Below, one piece after another: positions 37,039 through 48,114 of a stretch of 64,000 nucleotides of DNA; the stretch's first letter is position 1, and each line of letters begins with the position of its first letter. Location: assembly GCA_963665815.1 (NCBI GenBank), contig OY762463.1:3520001-3584000 (forward strand), given 5' to 3'. The position numbers and the translations under genes were made by a program. The notes beneath the pieces are model-generated. The model was not told the origin of the DNA and did no database searches. It saw only the letters and a program-made list of their open reading frames with translations. The DNA comes from Candidatus Cloacimonadales bacterium (GTDB lineage: Bacteria; Cloacimonadota; Cloacimonadia; Cloacimonadales; JAIOQZ01).

Positions 37039-40000
37039 TTATTCCCTGGTTTTGAATTGTTTAACCATATCTTCAAGCTCAGCAGATTGACTGTTAAGCT
37101 CTTCTGCTGCACTTGCTGATTCCTCTGCATTAGATGCATTTCGCTGAGTCAAAGTATTGATCTCATTGATTGAACTGTTGATTCTGTCAATTCCACGGGC
37201 CTGTTCTTCAGATGAAATGGATATCTCATCAACAATAGTATTCACTTTCTGGAAGCTGGAATTAATTTTCTCGAAAGCTGCGGTTACATCCATGACAATA
37301 TTAACACCGGCATCGGAATTTTTTAGTGATTCTTCAATCAATGCATTTGTGTTTTTTGCTGCTTCAGCTGATCTTAATGCCAGATTTTTTACTTCCTCAG
37401 CAACAACGGCAAAACCCTTTCCTGCTTCTCCTGCATGTGCGGCCTCAACAGCAGCATTTAGAGCGAGAAGATTTGTCTGGAAGGCAATTTCATCAATTGT
37501 CTTAATAATCTTACCTGTTTCATTAGCAGAATTGTTGATGACTTCCATGGCAGACTTCATTCTTTCCATTGCTTCATTACCAATCCGAACATTTGAGATA
37601 GCTTCATTAGACAGAGCTGCACTGGATTTAGATTTATCAGCATTGTCCATAGTAATGGCACTCATGTTTTCCAGACCATGGGAAATTTCGCTTAAAGAAC
37701 TAGCCTGTTCAGAAGTTCCTTGTGCCAGAGCTTGACTTCCATGAGCAATTTCGTCCGAAGCTGAAGATATCTGGTCAACTGCATTTTCCACTTGAACTAA
37801 TGCATCTTGAAGCTGTTTGGCAGCATTGTTAATATTGGTTTTGAAATCGTTCATTTCACCATTATAGAATCCGACAATTCTGGCAGTAAGGTTTTTGTCT
37901 GAAATCTGTCCCATAACGTGCATTGCTTCGTCAATTGGTGTCATAATCTCAGTCAACAGTTCGTTCATGCCAAGAACAAGTTTCTGCCAGCTACCGTTGA
38001 ATTGATCTGCATCTCCACGCTTTTGCAATTGACCATCTTTAGCAGCCTGAGTCAGATCATCGATTTCATCTATTACATTTATCAAGTTTGTCTTCATCTG
38101 GAGCAGTTTTTCGTTAATGATTCTTTGTTTTCCAGGAAGCTGACGCATCTCAGGATCGAAGTCACCATTAGCATAACTCGTCAGAATATCCAGCATATCA
38201 TTCTGGTTTTTGATGTGAAGGTTTACACTCTTGTTTACACCTTCTGCCATGTTCTTGTAAGCTCCAATAAATTTTGATGAATCTATGAAGTAGTCAATAT
38301 CACCTTTACTTTGTTCTTCATATAGTTTCTTCATATCGGCAATAAACATGTTCAATAAGTTTATCAATTGATTCAGATTGTTCTTTGTAAGGTTAAATTC
38401 TCCTCTGAACTCTTCTACAACTTCCGGAGGAATATCGCCTTGAGCAATTCTGTCAACATACTCGTCAGTAAGTGTTATTGGACGCATAAATGCATCAATA
38501 ACATTATTTATACCATTGATAATATCTTTCCAGCCATTTTCAAAGCTATCGGAATTTCCTCTTTTATCTAAAACACCATCACTAATAGATTCTATGATAT
38601 CTTTTATCTCGATATGCAGTCCTCTTATAATTCCAAGAGCTTGATTGATATTGTTTTTCATACCGTTGAATTCACCGCGATAATCATTTGTAATGTCGTG
38701 AGGAATTATTCCATGTGCAATACTGTCAATATATTCAGCCATCATATTGATAGGTTCATAGAACGCATCTATAATTCCGTTGATTCCTTCAATAATCCTT
38801 TTCCAGTCATTCTTATATGCACTTGAATCTCCCCGGTAATCAAGTTGTCCTTCGTATATTGCAACTGCAAATTGCTTCAGTTCCATAGAAATCTGATTCA
38901 AATTTTTTCTCAGATTTTCAAGATTGTCGTTAATTATATGAAGTTTGCCCGGGAGTGGCTCAAGTTGAGGCTTAAAATCACCATCACCATAAGCCTGCAA
39001 TATTTCCAGAATCTTCATAATGTTTCCGGTGTGAAGTCCAACACTCTGGTTAACACCTTTAGCCATTTTTCTGTAAAAACCTTCAAATTGCTCGGCGTTC
39101 ATTGTATAATCCATTTCACCGATTTTATGTTGATCATACATGGTTTTCATTTCTGAGATAAAGTTTTCCAGATTCTCAATCAATCTGTTTGTGTTATTCT
39201 TCATCACAAGAAAATCACCTTTGTAGTCATCGGTTATTTTTGCAGGCATTTTACCTACGGCAATACTTTGAATGTACTCGTTTGAAACATTCAGAGGTGC
39301 CATAAAAGCATCCATTATGTTGTTTATACCTGAAATTATGTCACGAAACTCAAAATTAATTTCTTCTGCATCTGCCCTGTAATCAATTCTCCCATTATTG
39401 ATGTGCTCTTCAATATTTATAGCTTGATCCACCAAGGATGAAAGTATGTTTTTTAAATTTCTGCTGATCCAGAGAGTTGCAATTATTGCCAGAACAAGTA
39501 TGATAGCAAATGTGAAATAAATTCTCATTTTCTGGGCTGCAGCTATTTCTTCAATGTCATCCATATACATACCGGTTCCAATCATCCATTCCCAGTCCTT
39601 AACTGCTTCTGCATAAGATGTTTTCGGGACATTTTTCTTAGAACCTTTGTCCCAGTTATATTTAACAAAACCTCCTCCGGTTTTTGCTGCATTAATGAGA
39701 TCTCGTATTACAAAGACACCATTCTGATCCTGAAGTTTAATATAATTTTTTCCTTCATTTTGAGGTTTAGTGCGATAGGCGAGGGATGTACCATCGAATT
39801 TGTAAACGAAAATGTAGTTAATCTTGTCATAAGCCATTGATCGTATTCCTTTTAATGCCAATTGCTTAGCTTCTTCCTCACTAACACTGCCTGAATCGGC
39901 AAGTTTTTTCTCTACCTCAACTATAGAAACTGCGGTTTCAACAAGGTGCTTCAACTCAGTCTCCTTTGCATTGATCATATCATTGTACTGTTGTTGGGCA

Positions 40001-40086
40001 ATAATCAGTTGCTGTACAAAAAAGACGACCATAATAATGCCAACCAGAATGAAAATCTTTGTTTTAATTGGTATGTTGTTTAACAT
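37039..40086 (-). CDS. Methyl-accepting chemotaxis protein (sCache_2, poly-HAMP, MCP signalling domain)
   Basis: Cache motifs NYIFV...WMIGTGMY; repeated HAMP units; [36 protein letters not shown] before ATG 40086. Confidence 0.95.
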   Translation of the reverse strand: MLNNIPIKTKIFILVGIIMVVFFVQQLIIAQQQYNDMINAKETELKHLVETAVSIVEVEKKLADSGSVSEEEAKQLALKGIRSMAYDKINYIFVYKFDGTSLAYRTKPQNEGKNYIKLQDQNGVFVIRDLINAAKTGGGFVKYNWDKGSKKNVPKTSYAEAVKDWEWMIGTGMYMDDIEEIAAAQKMRIYFTFAIILVLAIIATLWISRNLKNILSSLVDQAINIEEHINNGRIDYRADAEEINFEFRDIISGINNIMDAFMAPLNVSNEYIQSIAVGKMPAKITDDYKGDFLVMKNNTNRLIENLENFISEMKTMYDQHKIGEMDYTMNAEQFEGFYRKMAKGVNQSVGLHTGNIMKILEILQAYGDGDFKPQLEPLPGKLHIINDNLENLRKNLNQISMELKQFAVAIYEGQLDYRGDSSAYKNDWKRIIEGINGIIDAFYEPINMMAEYIDSIAHGIIPHDITNDYRGEFNGMKNNINQALGIIRGLHIEIKDIIESISDGVLDKRGNSDSFENGWKDIINGINNVIDAFMRPITLTDEYVDRIAQGDIPPEVVEEFRGEFNLTKNNLNQLINLLNMFIADMKKLYEEQSKGDIDYFIDSSKFIGAYKNMAEGVNKSVNLHIKNQNDMLDILTSYANGDFDPEMRQLPGKQRIINEKLLQMKTNLINVIDEIDDLTQAAKDGQLQKRGDADQFNGSWQKLVLGMNELLTEIMTPIDEAMHVMGQISDKNLTARIVGFYNGEMNDFKTNINNAAKQLQDALVQVENAVDQISSASDEIAHGSQALAQGTSEQASSLSEISHGLENMSAITMDNADKSKSSAALSNEAISNVRIGNEAMERMKSAMEVINNSANETGKIIKTIDEIAFQTNLLALNAAVEAAHAGEAGKGFAVVAEEVKNLALRSAEAAKNTNALIEESLKNSDAGVNIVMDVTAAFEKINSSFQKVNTIVDEISISSEEQARGIDRINSSINEINTLTQRNASNAEESASAAEELNSQSAELEDMVKQFKTRE

Positions 40087-40632
40087 ACTTTCCTCCAGCA
40101 TTTAAATTCAATGTCATGATTCTAATTATAATATAACAATATTGTTGTTAAAGGCTATAAGATTTTGGTAATCATCAAAAGTTAATCATTGATTTCCGGT
40201 TCGAAACAACTGACAAAATCTTATAAGAATAAGAAAACCAGAAAATTAAATACTATAAATGAAAACTATTCATAAATGGCAAGAAAAAAATGTCAGAGAA
40301 AAAATATCATTATATAGGAATACACAAAAGAAATTGAGTGGTAATCAGGAGTAGATTTGTTAAATTATGTATGGAAATTGTTAATTTACAGTTAAATGCA
40401 ACACAGTTTGATTTTTTTTTGGATATTCTCATAATTTTCCATTTAAGGAGTGAAAAATCTTTTATTGGTAGCTGATTAAATGTTAGTAGTGATTCATGAA
40501 AATATTGGTAAAATTTTTAACACTATTCTTAAAAAAGCATTTGACAATAAATTTCATTATTCGCATTCTCAAAGTAATTTAATAATTAACTTCTAAGGAA
40601 ATCATTAATCAGGTGTTAAAAAGGAGAAAAAA

Positions 40633-40977
40633 GTGAAAAGATTAATTACTTTTTTTGTGTTGTGTCTGATGGCTTGTTCTATGTTAGCATTGACTGTAAA
40701 AGATTTGGATAATGCTACAAAAATTTCTACTTATGGTACTTATAATGAGTCTACAAGAAAAGTATCCTATGATGTAGTAGTCGATGGAGTAGTGACTCAA
40801 ATGAACGATGAAGAGTACGCAGCTTTGTTTAAAGCTTGGGAAAACGATCTTGAATTAGTAAGTTACAAGGCGGAAGACGGAACAGTCAGAATTATCAGCA
40901 AACATAAAGGTAAAGGGTGCAAAGACGCTCAGAAATGGGGACGTGAGTATATGAAAACTTATGCTGAAACTCATTGA
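40633..40977 (+). CDS. Small exported hypothetical protein
   Basis: AGGAG SD, GTG start, signal peptide; followed by a terminator. Confidence 0.75.
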   Translation: MKRLITFFVLCLMACSMLALTVKDLDNATKISTYGTYNESTRKVSYDVVVDGVVTQMNDEEYAALFKAWENDLELVSYKAEDGTVRIISKHKGKGCKDAQKWGREYMKTYAETH

Positions 40978-40985
40978 TATTTTAG

Positions 40986-41007
40986 AGGGAGATTTATCTC
41001 CCTTTTT
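40986..41007 (+). terminator. Intrinsic terminator
   Basis: AGGGAGAT / ATCTCCCT plus T run. Confidence 0.65.
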
Positions 41008-41189
41008 AATAAAAAAAAGCTGTTCCCTATAATTCGTTAATTGATTTGCTCAACAACTATTAGGACCCAGCATAACCGGGTAATTGACACGATTTTAGAA
41101 TTCCTCAAATTCATATTTAAAACAAACATATCTGAGAAGTTTTCTTGATGAAATCAATCTGTGTGGAGTAAGAATAGGATTATTTACAC

Positions 41190-41345
41190 AAAAAAAAACC
41201 TGCTGCCAGGAGCTAGCAGCAGGTGATCAATATTCTCGGCAAAGTGAGGAAGGCTTGTATGAAGCTTTGCCGTAAGCGTGTAGAATTACATCCCAATTAA
41301 TGCAATCAAGGCTACCAACATCCTTGATTTTTCTCTACACATCTC
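41190..41345 (-). ncRNA. Candidate structured ncRNA ending in a strong terminator
   Basis: Nested stems 41278-41340, stem 41237-41272 with an anti-SD loop, terminator 41190-41224; no minus-strand ORF. Confidence 0.5.
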
Positions 41346-41661
41346 TGAAGGACACCCAAGATCATTTAAGTAACAAACATTTTAAATTAATATCAGGGCG
41401 GATAAACGTTATATGCGTTACTCAAAGAACTTAGTGTAAATGCATTTTCTTTTACATATATGACTCTGACCTCACAAAAATTATTGCATAAGTGTGTTTA
41501 AAATATTATGTAGTAATGAAATAAATATCATTGGGAATTCGATGATTTTGGGGGAATCAACCAATAAATGTCGATTATATGGATGATAATATGGTGAAAT
41601 CAATTAAAAAAGTTTTTTGTTGACGGAAATCGAGAGAAATAAAACTCTTAAGAGTTAAAAA

Positions 41662-41735
41662 ATACAGGGGTGCCGAATATTGGCTGAGATCATACCCTTT
41701 GAACCTGTACGGATAATGCCGGAGAAGGGAGTTGC
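41662..41735 (+). promoter_or_regulatory. TPP riboswitch
   Basis: GGGGTGC..GCTGAGA..ATACCC..TGAACCTG..GGATAATGCC..AGGGAG upstream of thiE-thiC. Confidence 0.93.
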
Positions 41736-41763
41736 CAGAATCGACATTCCATTTGGAGATAAA

Positions 41764-42375
41764 ATGGAAAATTTCGGTTTGTATATGATAATTACAAATC
41801 CACAGGCTGAGTATACGAAAATTGCTGAATTATGTGTCAAGCATGATATAAAAATGCTTCAGCTCAGAGAAAAAGACAAATCAGATAGAGATATTTTTAC
41901 AATTTCCAGAGAAATAATGCAGGTTGTAAAAGGTACTGATACAAATTTTGTTATTAATGATCGTCCGGATATTGCAAAATTGGTAAACAGTGATTTTCTG
42001 CATTTGGGGCAGGATGATTTACCTCTTTCTGAAGCTGAGAAGGTATATTCAGGAAAGATTGGTTTATCAACACATTCACTTGCTCAGATGGATGAAGCTG
42101 TAAAACAGAATCCGGCATATATCGGTTTTGGACCCTTATACAGGACTCCGACAAAAAAGAAACCGGATCCGGCAGTCGGACTTGAACACATCCCTTATGT
42201 GGTTGAAAGAGCAGGAATACCTGTTGTATTTCTCGGTGGTATTTTTCCGGAAAATGTAGACCTTATACTTAAGGCGGGGGCTAAGAACATATCTCTCGTC
42301 AGATATTTTATGGAAACTTCAGAAATTGAAGACAGAATGAAACGAATTATAGAAAAAATAGAAAAATACAAATAG
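41764..42375 (+). CDS. thiE: Thiamine phosphate synthase
   Basis: QLREK, INDR, HLGQDD, GLSTH, TPTK; start ATG 41764 after GGAG. Confidence 0.95.
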   Translation: MENFGLYMIITNPQAEYTKIAELCVKHDIKMLQLREKDKSDRDIFTISREIMQVVKGTDTNFVINDRPDIAKLVNSDFLHLGQDDLPLSEAEKVYSGKIGLSTHSLAQMDEAVKQNPAYIGFGPLYRTPTKKKPDPAVGLEHIPYVVERAGIPVVFLGGIFPENVDLILKAGAKNISLVRYFMETSEIEDRMKRIIEKIEKYK

Positions 42376-42386
42376 AGGAGTTGGAA

Positions 42387-43679
42387 ATGACACAATTACA
42401 AGCTGCCAGAAAAGGAATCATTACAGATGCAATGAAAAAAGTTGCTGAATATGAAGGTTATTCACCTGAATGGATAAGAGATGAAGTGGCTGCCGGAAGA
42501 ATCGTTATACCTAAGAACATAAATCATGACTTTGTACCAAGAGGAATTGGTAATAAACTGAAAACTAAAGTTAATGCAAATATCGGTACATCTGAAGAAC
42601 ATTGTAATCTGGAAGAAGAAATTGCTAAACTTAAGATAGCTGTTAAGCATGGTGCAGACAGTGTTATGGATCTTTCTACAGGTGGGAAACTTGATTTTGC
42701 TCTAAGAACAATACTGGATCATTCTGAGGTTATGGTTGGAAACGTTCCAATTTATGCTACAATTGCCAAACTTGGACAGCAGGATAAAGATGTTCTTGAT
42801 ATGACTCCTGATATGCTTTTCGATGAGATTGAATATCAGGCAAAAGAAGGTGTGGATTTCATGACTGTTCACTGCGGAATTACCCGAAGATCAATCAGCT
42901 TTATGGATAACTGCGAAAGATTGCTTGGTGTAGTAAGTCGTGGAGGATCACTCATAAAGAGATGGATGGTTTATCATGAACAGGAAAATCCTCTTTATGC
43001 ACAATATGACAGACTTCTTGATATATGTGAACAATATGATGTAACATTGAGTCTCGGTGATGGATTCCGTCCTGGATCTCAGGCAGATGCTACAGATAGA
43101 GGACAAATTGCCGAATTGCTTGTTCTTGGGGAGCTTGTAGAAAAAGCTCAGAAACGTGGTATTCAGGTAATGGTTGAAGGTCCGGGACATGTTCCTCTGG
43201 ATCAGGTTGTTTCTAATGTTGAACTTCAGAAGAAGATATGTAACAATGCACCATTTTATGTATTGGGACCACTGACAACAGATATAGCTCCAGGATATGA
43301 CCATATTGTTGGTGCGATTGGTGGAGCACTTGCTGCTGCTCATGGTGTAGATTTTCTTTGCTATGTAACTCCTGCGGAACACTTATGCCTGCCAAATGAA
43401 GAAGACGTAAAGAATGGTGTTATAGCTTCTAAAATTGCTGCTCATTCAGGAGATATTGTAAAAAGAGTACCGGGAGCAATTGAAAGAGACCACATTGTAT
43501 CTAAAGCAAGAAGAGACTTTGACTGGGAAACAATTTATGCAAATTCTTTAGATCCTGAACTTGCCAGAGACAGAAAAGAAAATTCGGAAAGTCAGGGAGA
43601 AGATCACTGTACAATGTGTGGTTCTTTATGTGCTGTTAAAACAGACAGGAAATCTGCAGAAGAAACTGCCGGAAGATAA
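42387..43679 (+). CDS. thiC: Phosphomethylpyrimidine synthase
   Basis: TKVNANIG, VSRGGS, EGPGH, YVTPAEHL, CTMCGSLC. Confidence 0.98.
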   Translation: MTQLQAARKGIITDAMKKVAEYEGYSPEWIRDEVAAGRIVIPKNINHDFVPRGIGNKLKTKVNANIGTSEEHCNLEEEIAKLKIAVKHGADSVMDLSTGGKLDFALRTILDHSEVMVGNVPIYATIAKLGQQDKDVLDMTPDMLFDEIEYQAKEGVDFMTVHCGITRRSISFMDNCERLLGVVSRGGSLIKRWMVYHEQENPLYAQYDRLLDICEQYDVTLSLGDGFRPGSQADATDRGQIAELLVLGELVEKAQKRGIQVMVEGPGHVPLDQVVSNVELQKKICNNAPFYVLGPLTTDIAPGYDHIVGAIGGALAAAHGVDFLCYVTPAEHLCLPNEEDVKNGVIASKIAAHSGDIVKRVPGAIERDHIVSKARRDFDWETIYANSLDPELARDRKENSESQGEDHCTMCGSLCAVKTDRKSAEETAGR

Positions 43680-43716
43680 GGATTATAAGTACTTAAAAAT
43701 CATCTATATACAAAAT

Positions 43717-43742
43717 AAGGCTGGTTAATTTGACCAGCCTTT
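43717..43742. terminator. Terminator between convergent genes
   Basis: AAGGCTGGTTAA / TTGACCAGCCTT. Confidence 0.7.
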
Positions 43743-43800
43743 ACAATTTATTTGAAAGCTCTGAGCATAACTATAGTATAGTGATCTCAAACAGATTTTT

Positions 43801-46134
43801 TTATGTTATCATTTTTCCTGTAGGCGTCATTTCCGGTACAGGTTGAGTTCCTGTTTCAAGGAAGTATTTTTTTCTTTTGCAGCGTTCAGATTTTTCTTTG
43901 CTGTTACAGAACATTTTAGCCCAGGTACTCATAATGTCATTTGTAGACTTTGTAACACTTTTGAAGAATGTGCATTGGTCTCTTAATTCACATGGTTCAT
44001 CAGTATCCATCCCGATCGACTCTACAGATTTTATGAATATCAGTAATTCTTTAATTGAATAGGGCTTGTTTAGTACGGGTATTTTCATGTTTTCTGCAAG
44101 TTTAGATCTGTCGTCCTCAGTACTGTAACCGCTTGTAAGAATAACCTTTAAATCACTGTTTTTCAACAATACATGTTGAATGAGGAAAATTCCGGTGGAG
44201 TCCGGGAAAACGAGATCTGTAATTAATATATCAATTTCATCTGAATGCTGGTCGAATAGTTTTCTGGCTTCCAGAATTGTTTCTGCGCAGAGGACTCTGT
44301 AACCATTCCTTTTCAGGGCATCTTCAGTAAATCGAAGAACAGCTTTATTGTTCTCAGCAACAAGCACCATTTCATTATTTCCTGAAGTATCAATCTTTTT
44401 GTCTTCTTCCTGAGCCTTTATATACAGTTCATCAGTTCTTGGTATGAAAATATCGAAAGAAGTTCCAAGGTTAACTTTACTTCTAACATTTATCCAGCCA
44501 TTATGCTGAGCTACAATGCCAAAGACGGTAGATAAACCTAAGCCTGTTCCTTTTCCATATTCTTTAGTTGTATAAAACGGTTCGAATATTCTTGGAAGAA
44601 TATCTTTCTTGATACCGGTGCCATTGTCTTCTATTGTCAGACAAACATAGTGACCAGTTGAGCTGTTTTCGATTGTTTTTGTCATTGCTTCATCAATTGA
44701 AACATTGCGAGAAATAAGTTTTATCACTCCTCCATTGGGCAGGGCATCTTTTGCATTTATTACAAGATTAATAATCATTTGTTTTAACAGAGTAATGTCA
44801 GCATTAATCATCCCAAGATCGTTTTCCATTTCAGTCTGGATTGAAATATTGACACCAATAATTCGCCTCAGAACAGAATTCAGGTTAACGATAATATTAT
44901 TCAGGTTCGTGTTTGTTTTACTGAGCTTCTGCTGTCTGCTGAAATATAATAACTGTTTAGTCAACTTCTGAGCGTCTATAGATGATTGCTTTATTTCGTT
45001 AACTATCTGGATGTTTTCATCACCAATATCCTCACCCAACAGCAATTCTGAATTGCCTGAAATAACTGTCAGAAGGTTGTTAAAATCGTGAGCGATCCCC
45101 CCAGCCAGTTTTCCCATTGCTTCCATCTTCTGTGATTGAAGAAACTGGAATTCAAGCTGTTTCTGCTCAGTCAAATCTTGTATTACGGAAAAATAACCTA
45201 TCCTGGTTGTTCCACTGAATCGAGGATATATTGTTATATACAGATGCTTAGCTTCATCTTGTGGATTCAGAGTTAGATTAATAGACTTACTTTCAGCAAA
45301 ATCACTGGAACGCATAAAACGATATAGTTCAACTCTTGAAGTTTCATCCATTAATGAATATACTATTTTGCCGTTTACATCACTCGGAGGAAGATCGAGA
45401 AGATTACAGAAGAAAGGATTACTCAACAGAATTTTTCCTTCCATATCAAGCATTATGATTCCTTCTCTGACACTATTAAAGACTTCTTCGAGAAGAGCTT
45501 TATGTTTACTGAGCAAAGATTCTGTCTTTTGAAGCACAATAGAATCTTTTTCGATTTTTCTATTTAATTTAAGAAGATTCTGCTGTTGATTATCTATAAT
45601 ATTGTTAAGTTTATTCTGATGAAGCAGAACTTCCTGCTCTGCTTTCCATTTTGAAGATAAGGCTTTAGAAAACTGTAAAATTTCCTGAGGATGAAAAGGT
45701 TTAAGCAGAAATAACAACTTATCCTGTGGAGGAATTTTGTCAGCTATGTCTTTTACGTCAATATCAGAAAAGGCTGTAACAATAACAATTGCTATCATAG
45801 GATCGAGTTTTCTTATTGTCTCTGCTGCCCAGATACCATCTTTACCGGGGGGCATTCTAATATCAAGAAAAGCGATTGCATATCTGTTGTCTTCAGCAAT
45901 TGATTTCTCGATTTCCTTAACTGCCTGTTCAGCCTGATTGCAGGTAACAATCTCATATTGATTTTCTTTTAACTGATTAGGGGTAGTTTCTGAAAACAGC
46001 TTTTCTTCCAATTTGCTGATTTCAGAATCATAATCGTCTTTTCCCGAAATTTGCGGACTTAAGACAGTTTTATAAAGATGTAGAATATTTTCTTCATCAT
46101 CTGCAATTAAAATTCTATAGCTTTGATCGGACAT
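43801..46134 (-). CDS. Hybrid histidine kinase (REC, PAS, HisKA, HATPase, REC, Cys-rich tail)
   Basis: FLDIRMPPG; AGGIAHDFNN; NLVINA, DNGTG, FEPFYTTK..GKGTGLGL; LITDL. Confidence 0.93.
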   Translation of the reverse strand: MSDQSYRILIADDEENILHLYKTVLSPQISGKDDYDSEISKLEEKLFSETTPNQLKENQYEIVTCNQAEQAVKEIEKSIAEDNRYAIAFLDIRMPPGKDGIWAAETIRKLDPMIAIVIVTAFSDIDVKDIADKIPPQDKLLFLLKPFHPQEILQFSKALSSKWKAEQEVLLHQNKLNNIIDNQQQNLLKLNRKIEKDSIVLQKTESLLSKHKALLEEVFNSVREGIIMLDMEGKILLSNPFFCNLLDLPPSDVNGKIVYSLMDETSRVELYRFMRSSDFAESKSINLTLNPQDEAKHLYITIYPRFSGTTRIGYFSVIQDLTEQKQLEFQFLQSQKMEAMGKLAGGIAHDFNNLLTVISGNSELLLGEDIGDENIQIVNEIKQSSIDAQKLTKQLLYFSRQQKLSKTNTNLNNIIVNLNSVLRRIIGVNISIQTEMENDLGMINADITLLKQMIINLVINAKDALPNGGVIKLISRNVSIDEAMTKTIENSSTGHYVCLTIEDNGTGIKKDILPRIFEPFYTTKEYGKGTGLGLSTVFGIVAQHNGWINVRSKVNLGTSFDIFIPRTDELYIKAQEEDKKIDTSGNNEMVLVAENNKAVLRFTEDALKRNGYRVLCAETILEARKLFDQHSDEIDILITDLVFPDSTGIFLIQHVLLKNSDLKVILTSGYSTEDDRSKLAENMKIPVLNKPYSIKELLIFIKSVESIGMDTDEPCELRDQCTFFKSVTKSTNDIMSTWAKMFCNSKEKSERCKRKKYFLETGTQPVPEMTPTGKMIT

Positions 46135-46145
46135 ATATCTTCCTC

Positions 46146-47960
46146 TCAGGTTATTTTTACTGGAATCAGGATATTTAACTCTGTCAGTCGTTCTTTTTCT
46201 GAAGTCTCCAGATTTAGACTGCCATTTAGTTTATTTATGGTGTTTGCACACCAGTGTAAGTTTTGATAATCATTATTAATAAGGAATTCTCTGTCAAACG
46301 TTTCTTTGATATTATTGAATTTTGCACCGGCATTAAATATTTTTATCTGTAGTAAAAGAGAACTGCTCTCGTGATTTAAAGTTAACAATACCTTTATATT
46401 ACACTTTTCTTTAAGAATATAAGTAAGAAATTCGAAAATCCTGTTTACTGCCAGGATATAAGGGATTTTTCTCAATTTGATAGTATTCGAAGAATTAATA
46501 TCTACGAGTGTTACATTACATCTATTTATTATTTCTGTTTCATGCAGGATAAAATTTATTTCACTGAACAGGTCATTCATTTTAATTGTTTCTTCTACTG
46601 ATTTTTCAGTCGTCCACTTTTCATGATACTGCAAAAGCTTTTCAATAGCTCTTAATTTTTCGTTCAGGAATATGATAGACATTCTGCTTTGTTCCTGTGA
46701 CTTGTATAGGGACTGTATACTGAGTTTGTAATACTCCATTAGATCTGCATCAGTCAAATGGAGTTGCTTGTTCTTCAACTCATTAAGTACTTTTTCAAAT
46801 CTGTTAACATGCATTGATTTAATCTGATTCTGAAGCTTTTCAACAAGATTAACAACGGGAGTCATGGAGTTTCTTATATTATGAATGAAAGTTCCTGACA
46901 TATCTGATAGACCTGCTTTGTAAGATAATGTTGAAAGTACGCTCTTTGTTTTTCTTAATGTGGAGGTTGTCCTGTGTATTTCTTGAGCAAGTATTCCAAA
47001 CTCATCATTTCTGTCTTCAAAAATTGTATCTGTTGCAGTTTCGTCATCAGATTGCTTTAGTGTAAAAATTTTCAGTTGATTGATGGGGCTGAGCACAATG
47101 AAATTTATTGATATTATCATTATAGTCAGAAGTAACACAACAATAAAAAGGATTACTGACCATGAAATTAGAATGTTCTTTCTGCCTTTCCGGGAAACAT
47201 TTCTTGAATGAACCGTCTTTATCTGTATAACGTTTTCTTTATTAAGGCAGGGAATATAGCTGAATGTTGATAAATAGTCAGAATCATTGAATTGAAAAAA
47301 AATCTGCTCTGGTTCTTTCAGGGATTCTTTATAATATTTATCGTCCCAGGTAATTTCAAAATTGATATTTGTTGTTTTTACCAGAGATTTTTCAACATCA
47401 TCACTTATCAGGGTGCCAACATACATCATACCTTTTGGTTCAGCATCTACAGTACTGGTTGTGACAGGACAGGAACTCAACATTAATATTCCGTATTCTG
47501 TATAATGAAAACCGGAAACTCTCTCGGTTGAGTTTGGATCTGTTATCAGTATATTATCAAAAATCCATTCATTGGATCTATCATTACAATATGTTTCTTT
47601 CGTCTTAAGATTCATGAATCGGAAATAGCATATGTCACTGTTCTTTGCTGCGTAAGCCATAAGATTAATATTATTACTCACAAAAGTTTCATCAATTAAA
47701 TTAGATTCTATGAAATCAGAATTTTTATCCTGAACGAACTCGTATGCATCATCCCATTCCGCCCAGTCTTTATTGAATAGAGAAATATGCTCAAGTTCTC
47801 TGTACAATATGTCTTTTACACGATTAGCATTTTTTATTGCCTGTTCGTTTTCAATAGCCTGAAACTCAGGATACATATATCGGAACATGACCACCAGTGC
47901 CAGTCCGATCATTAATAAGACAGGAAGAATAACAACTGTTAATATTTTTCTGGTAATCAT
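46146..47960 (-). CDS. CHASE4-HAMP sensor with a degenerate histidine kinase core
   Basis: DWAEWDDAYEF (CHASE4), RNDEFG (HAMP), FIHNIRN H-box; ATP-binding boxes eroded. Confidence 0.75.
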   Translation of the reverse strand: MITRKILTVVILPVLLMIGLALVVMFRYMYPEFQAIENEQAIKNANRVKDILYRELEHISLFNKDWAEWDDAYEFVQDKNSDFIESNLIDETFVSNNINLMAYAAKNSDICYFRFMNLKTKETYCNDRSNEWIFDNILITDPNSTERVSGFHYTEYGILMLSSCPVTTSTVDAEPKGMMYVGTLISDDVEKSLVKTTNINFEITWDDKYYKESLKEPEQIFFQFNDSDYLSTFSYIPCLNKENVIQIKTVHSRNVSRKGRKNILISWSVILFIVVLLLTIMIISINFIVLSPINQLKIFTLKQSDDETATDTIFEDRNDEFGILAQEIHRTTSTLRKTKSVLSTLSYKAGLSDMSGTFIHNIRNSMTPVVNLVEKLQNQIKSMHVNRFEKVLNELKNKQLHLTDADLMEYYKLSIQSLYKSQEQSRMSIIFLNEKLRAIEKLLQYHEKWTTEKSVEETIKMNDLFSEINFILHETEIINRCNVTLVDINSSNTIKLRKIPYILAVNRIFEFLTYILKEKCNIKVLLTLNHESSSLLLQIKIFNAGAKFNNIKETFDREFLINNDYQNLHWCANTINKLNGSLNLETSEKERLTELNILIPVKIT

Positions 47961-48114
47961 TAATGACCCTTATATTGTAGTATCTCTTTTAGAAAGAATA
48001 ATCCTAAAAAATGATTTACCTAAAAAAAATTTATTATATTAAAAAAACAAGAAGAATATGCTTTTTTGAATGTAATTTTTATAGTTATTGACATAAGTAT
48101 TTGAATTTATTTTA

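Noticed and set aside
40100..40630. c-di-GMP riboswitch upstream of the chemoreceptor
   Set aside because: No GEMM consensus found; region is simply AT-rich promoter DNA
41301..41317. Sigma-54 promoter on the minus strand (TGGTAGCCTTGATTGCA)
   Set aside because: GG-to-GC spacing is 11 rather than the required 10
41680..41763. N-terminal extension of ThiE in the ORF track
   Set aside because: Overlaps the TPP riboswitch; the SD-supported start is 41764
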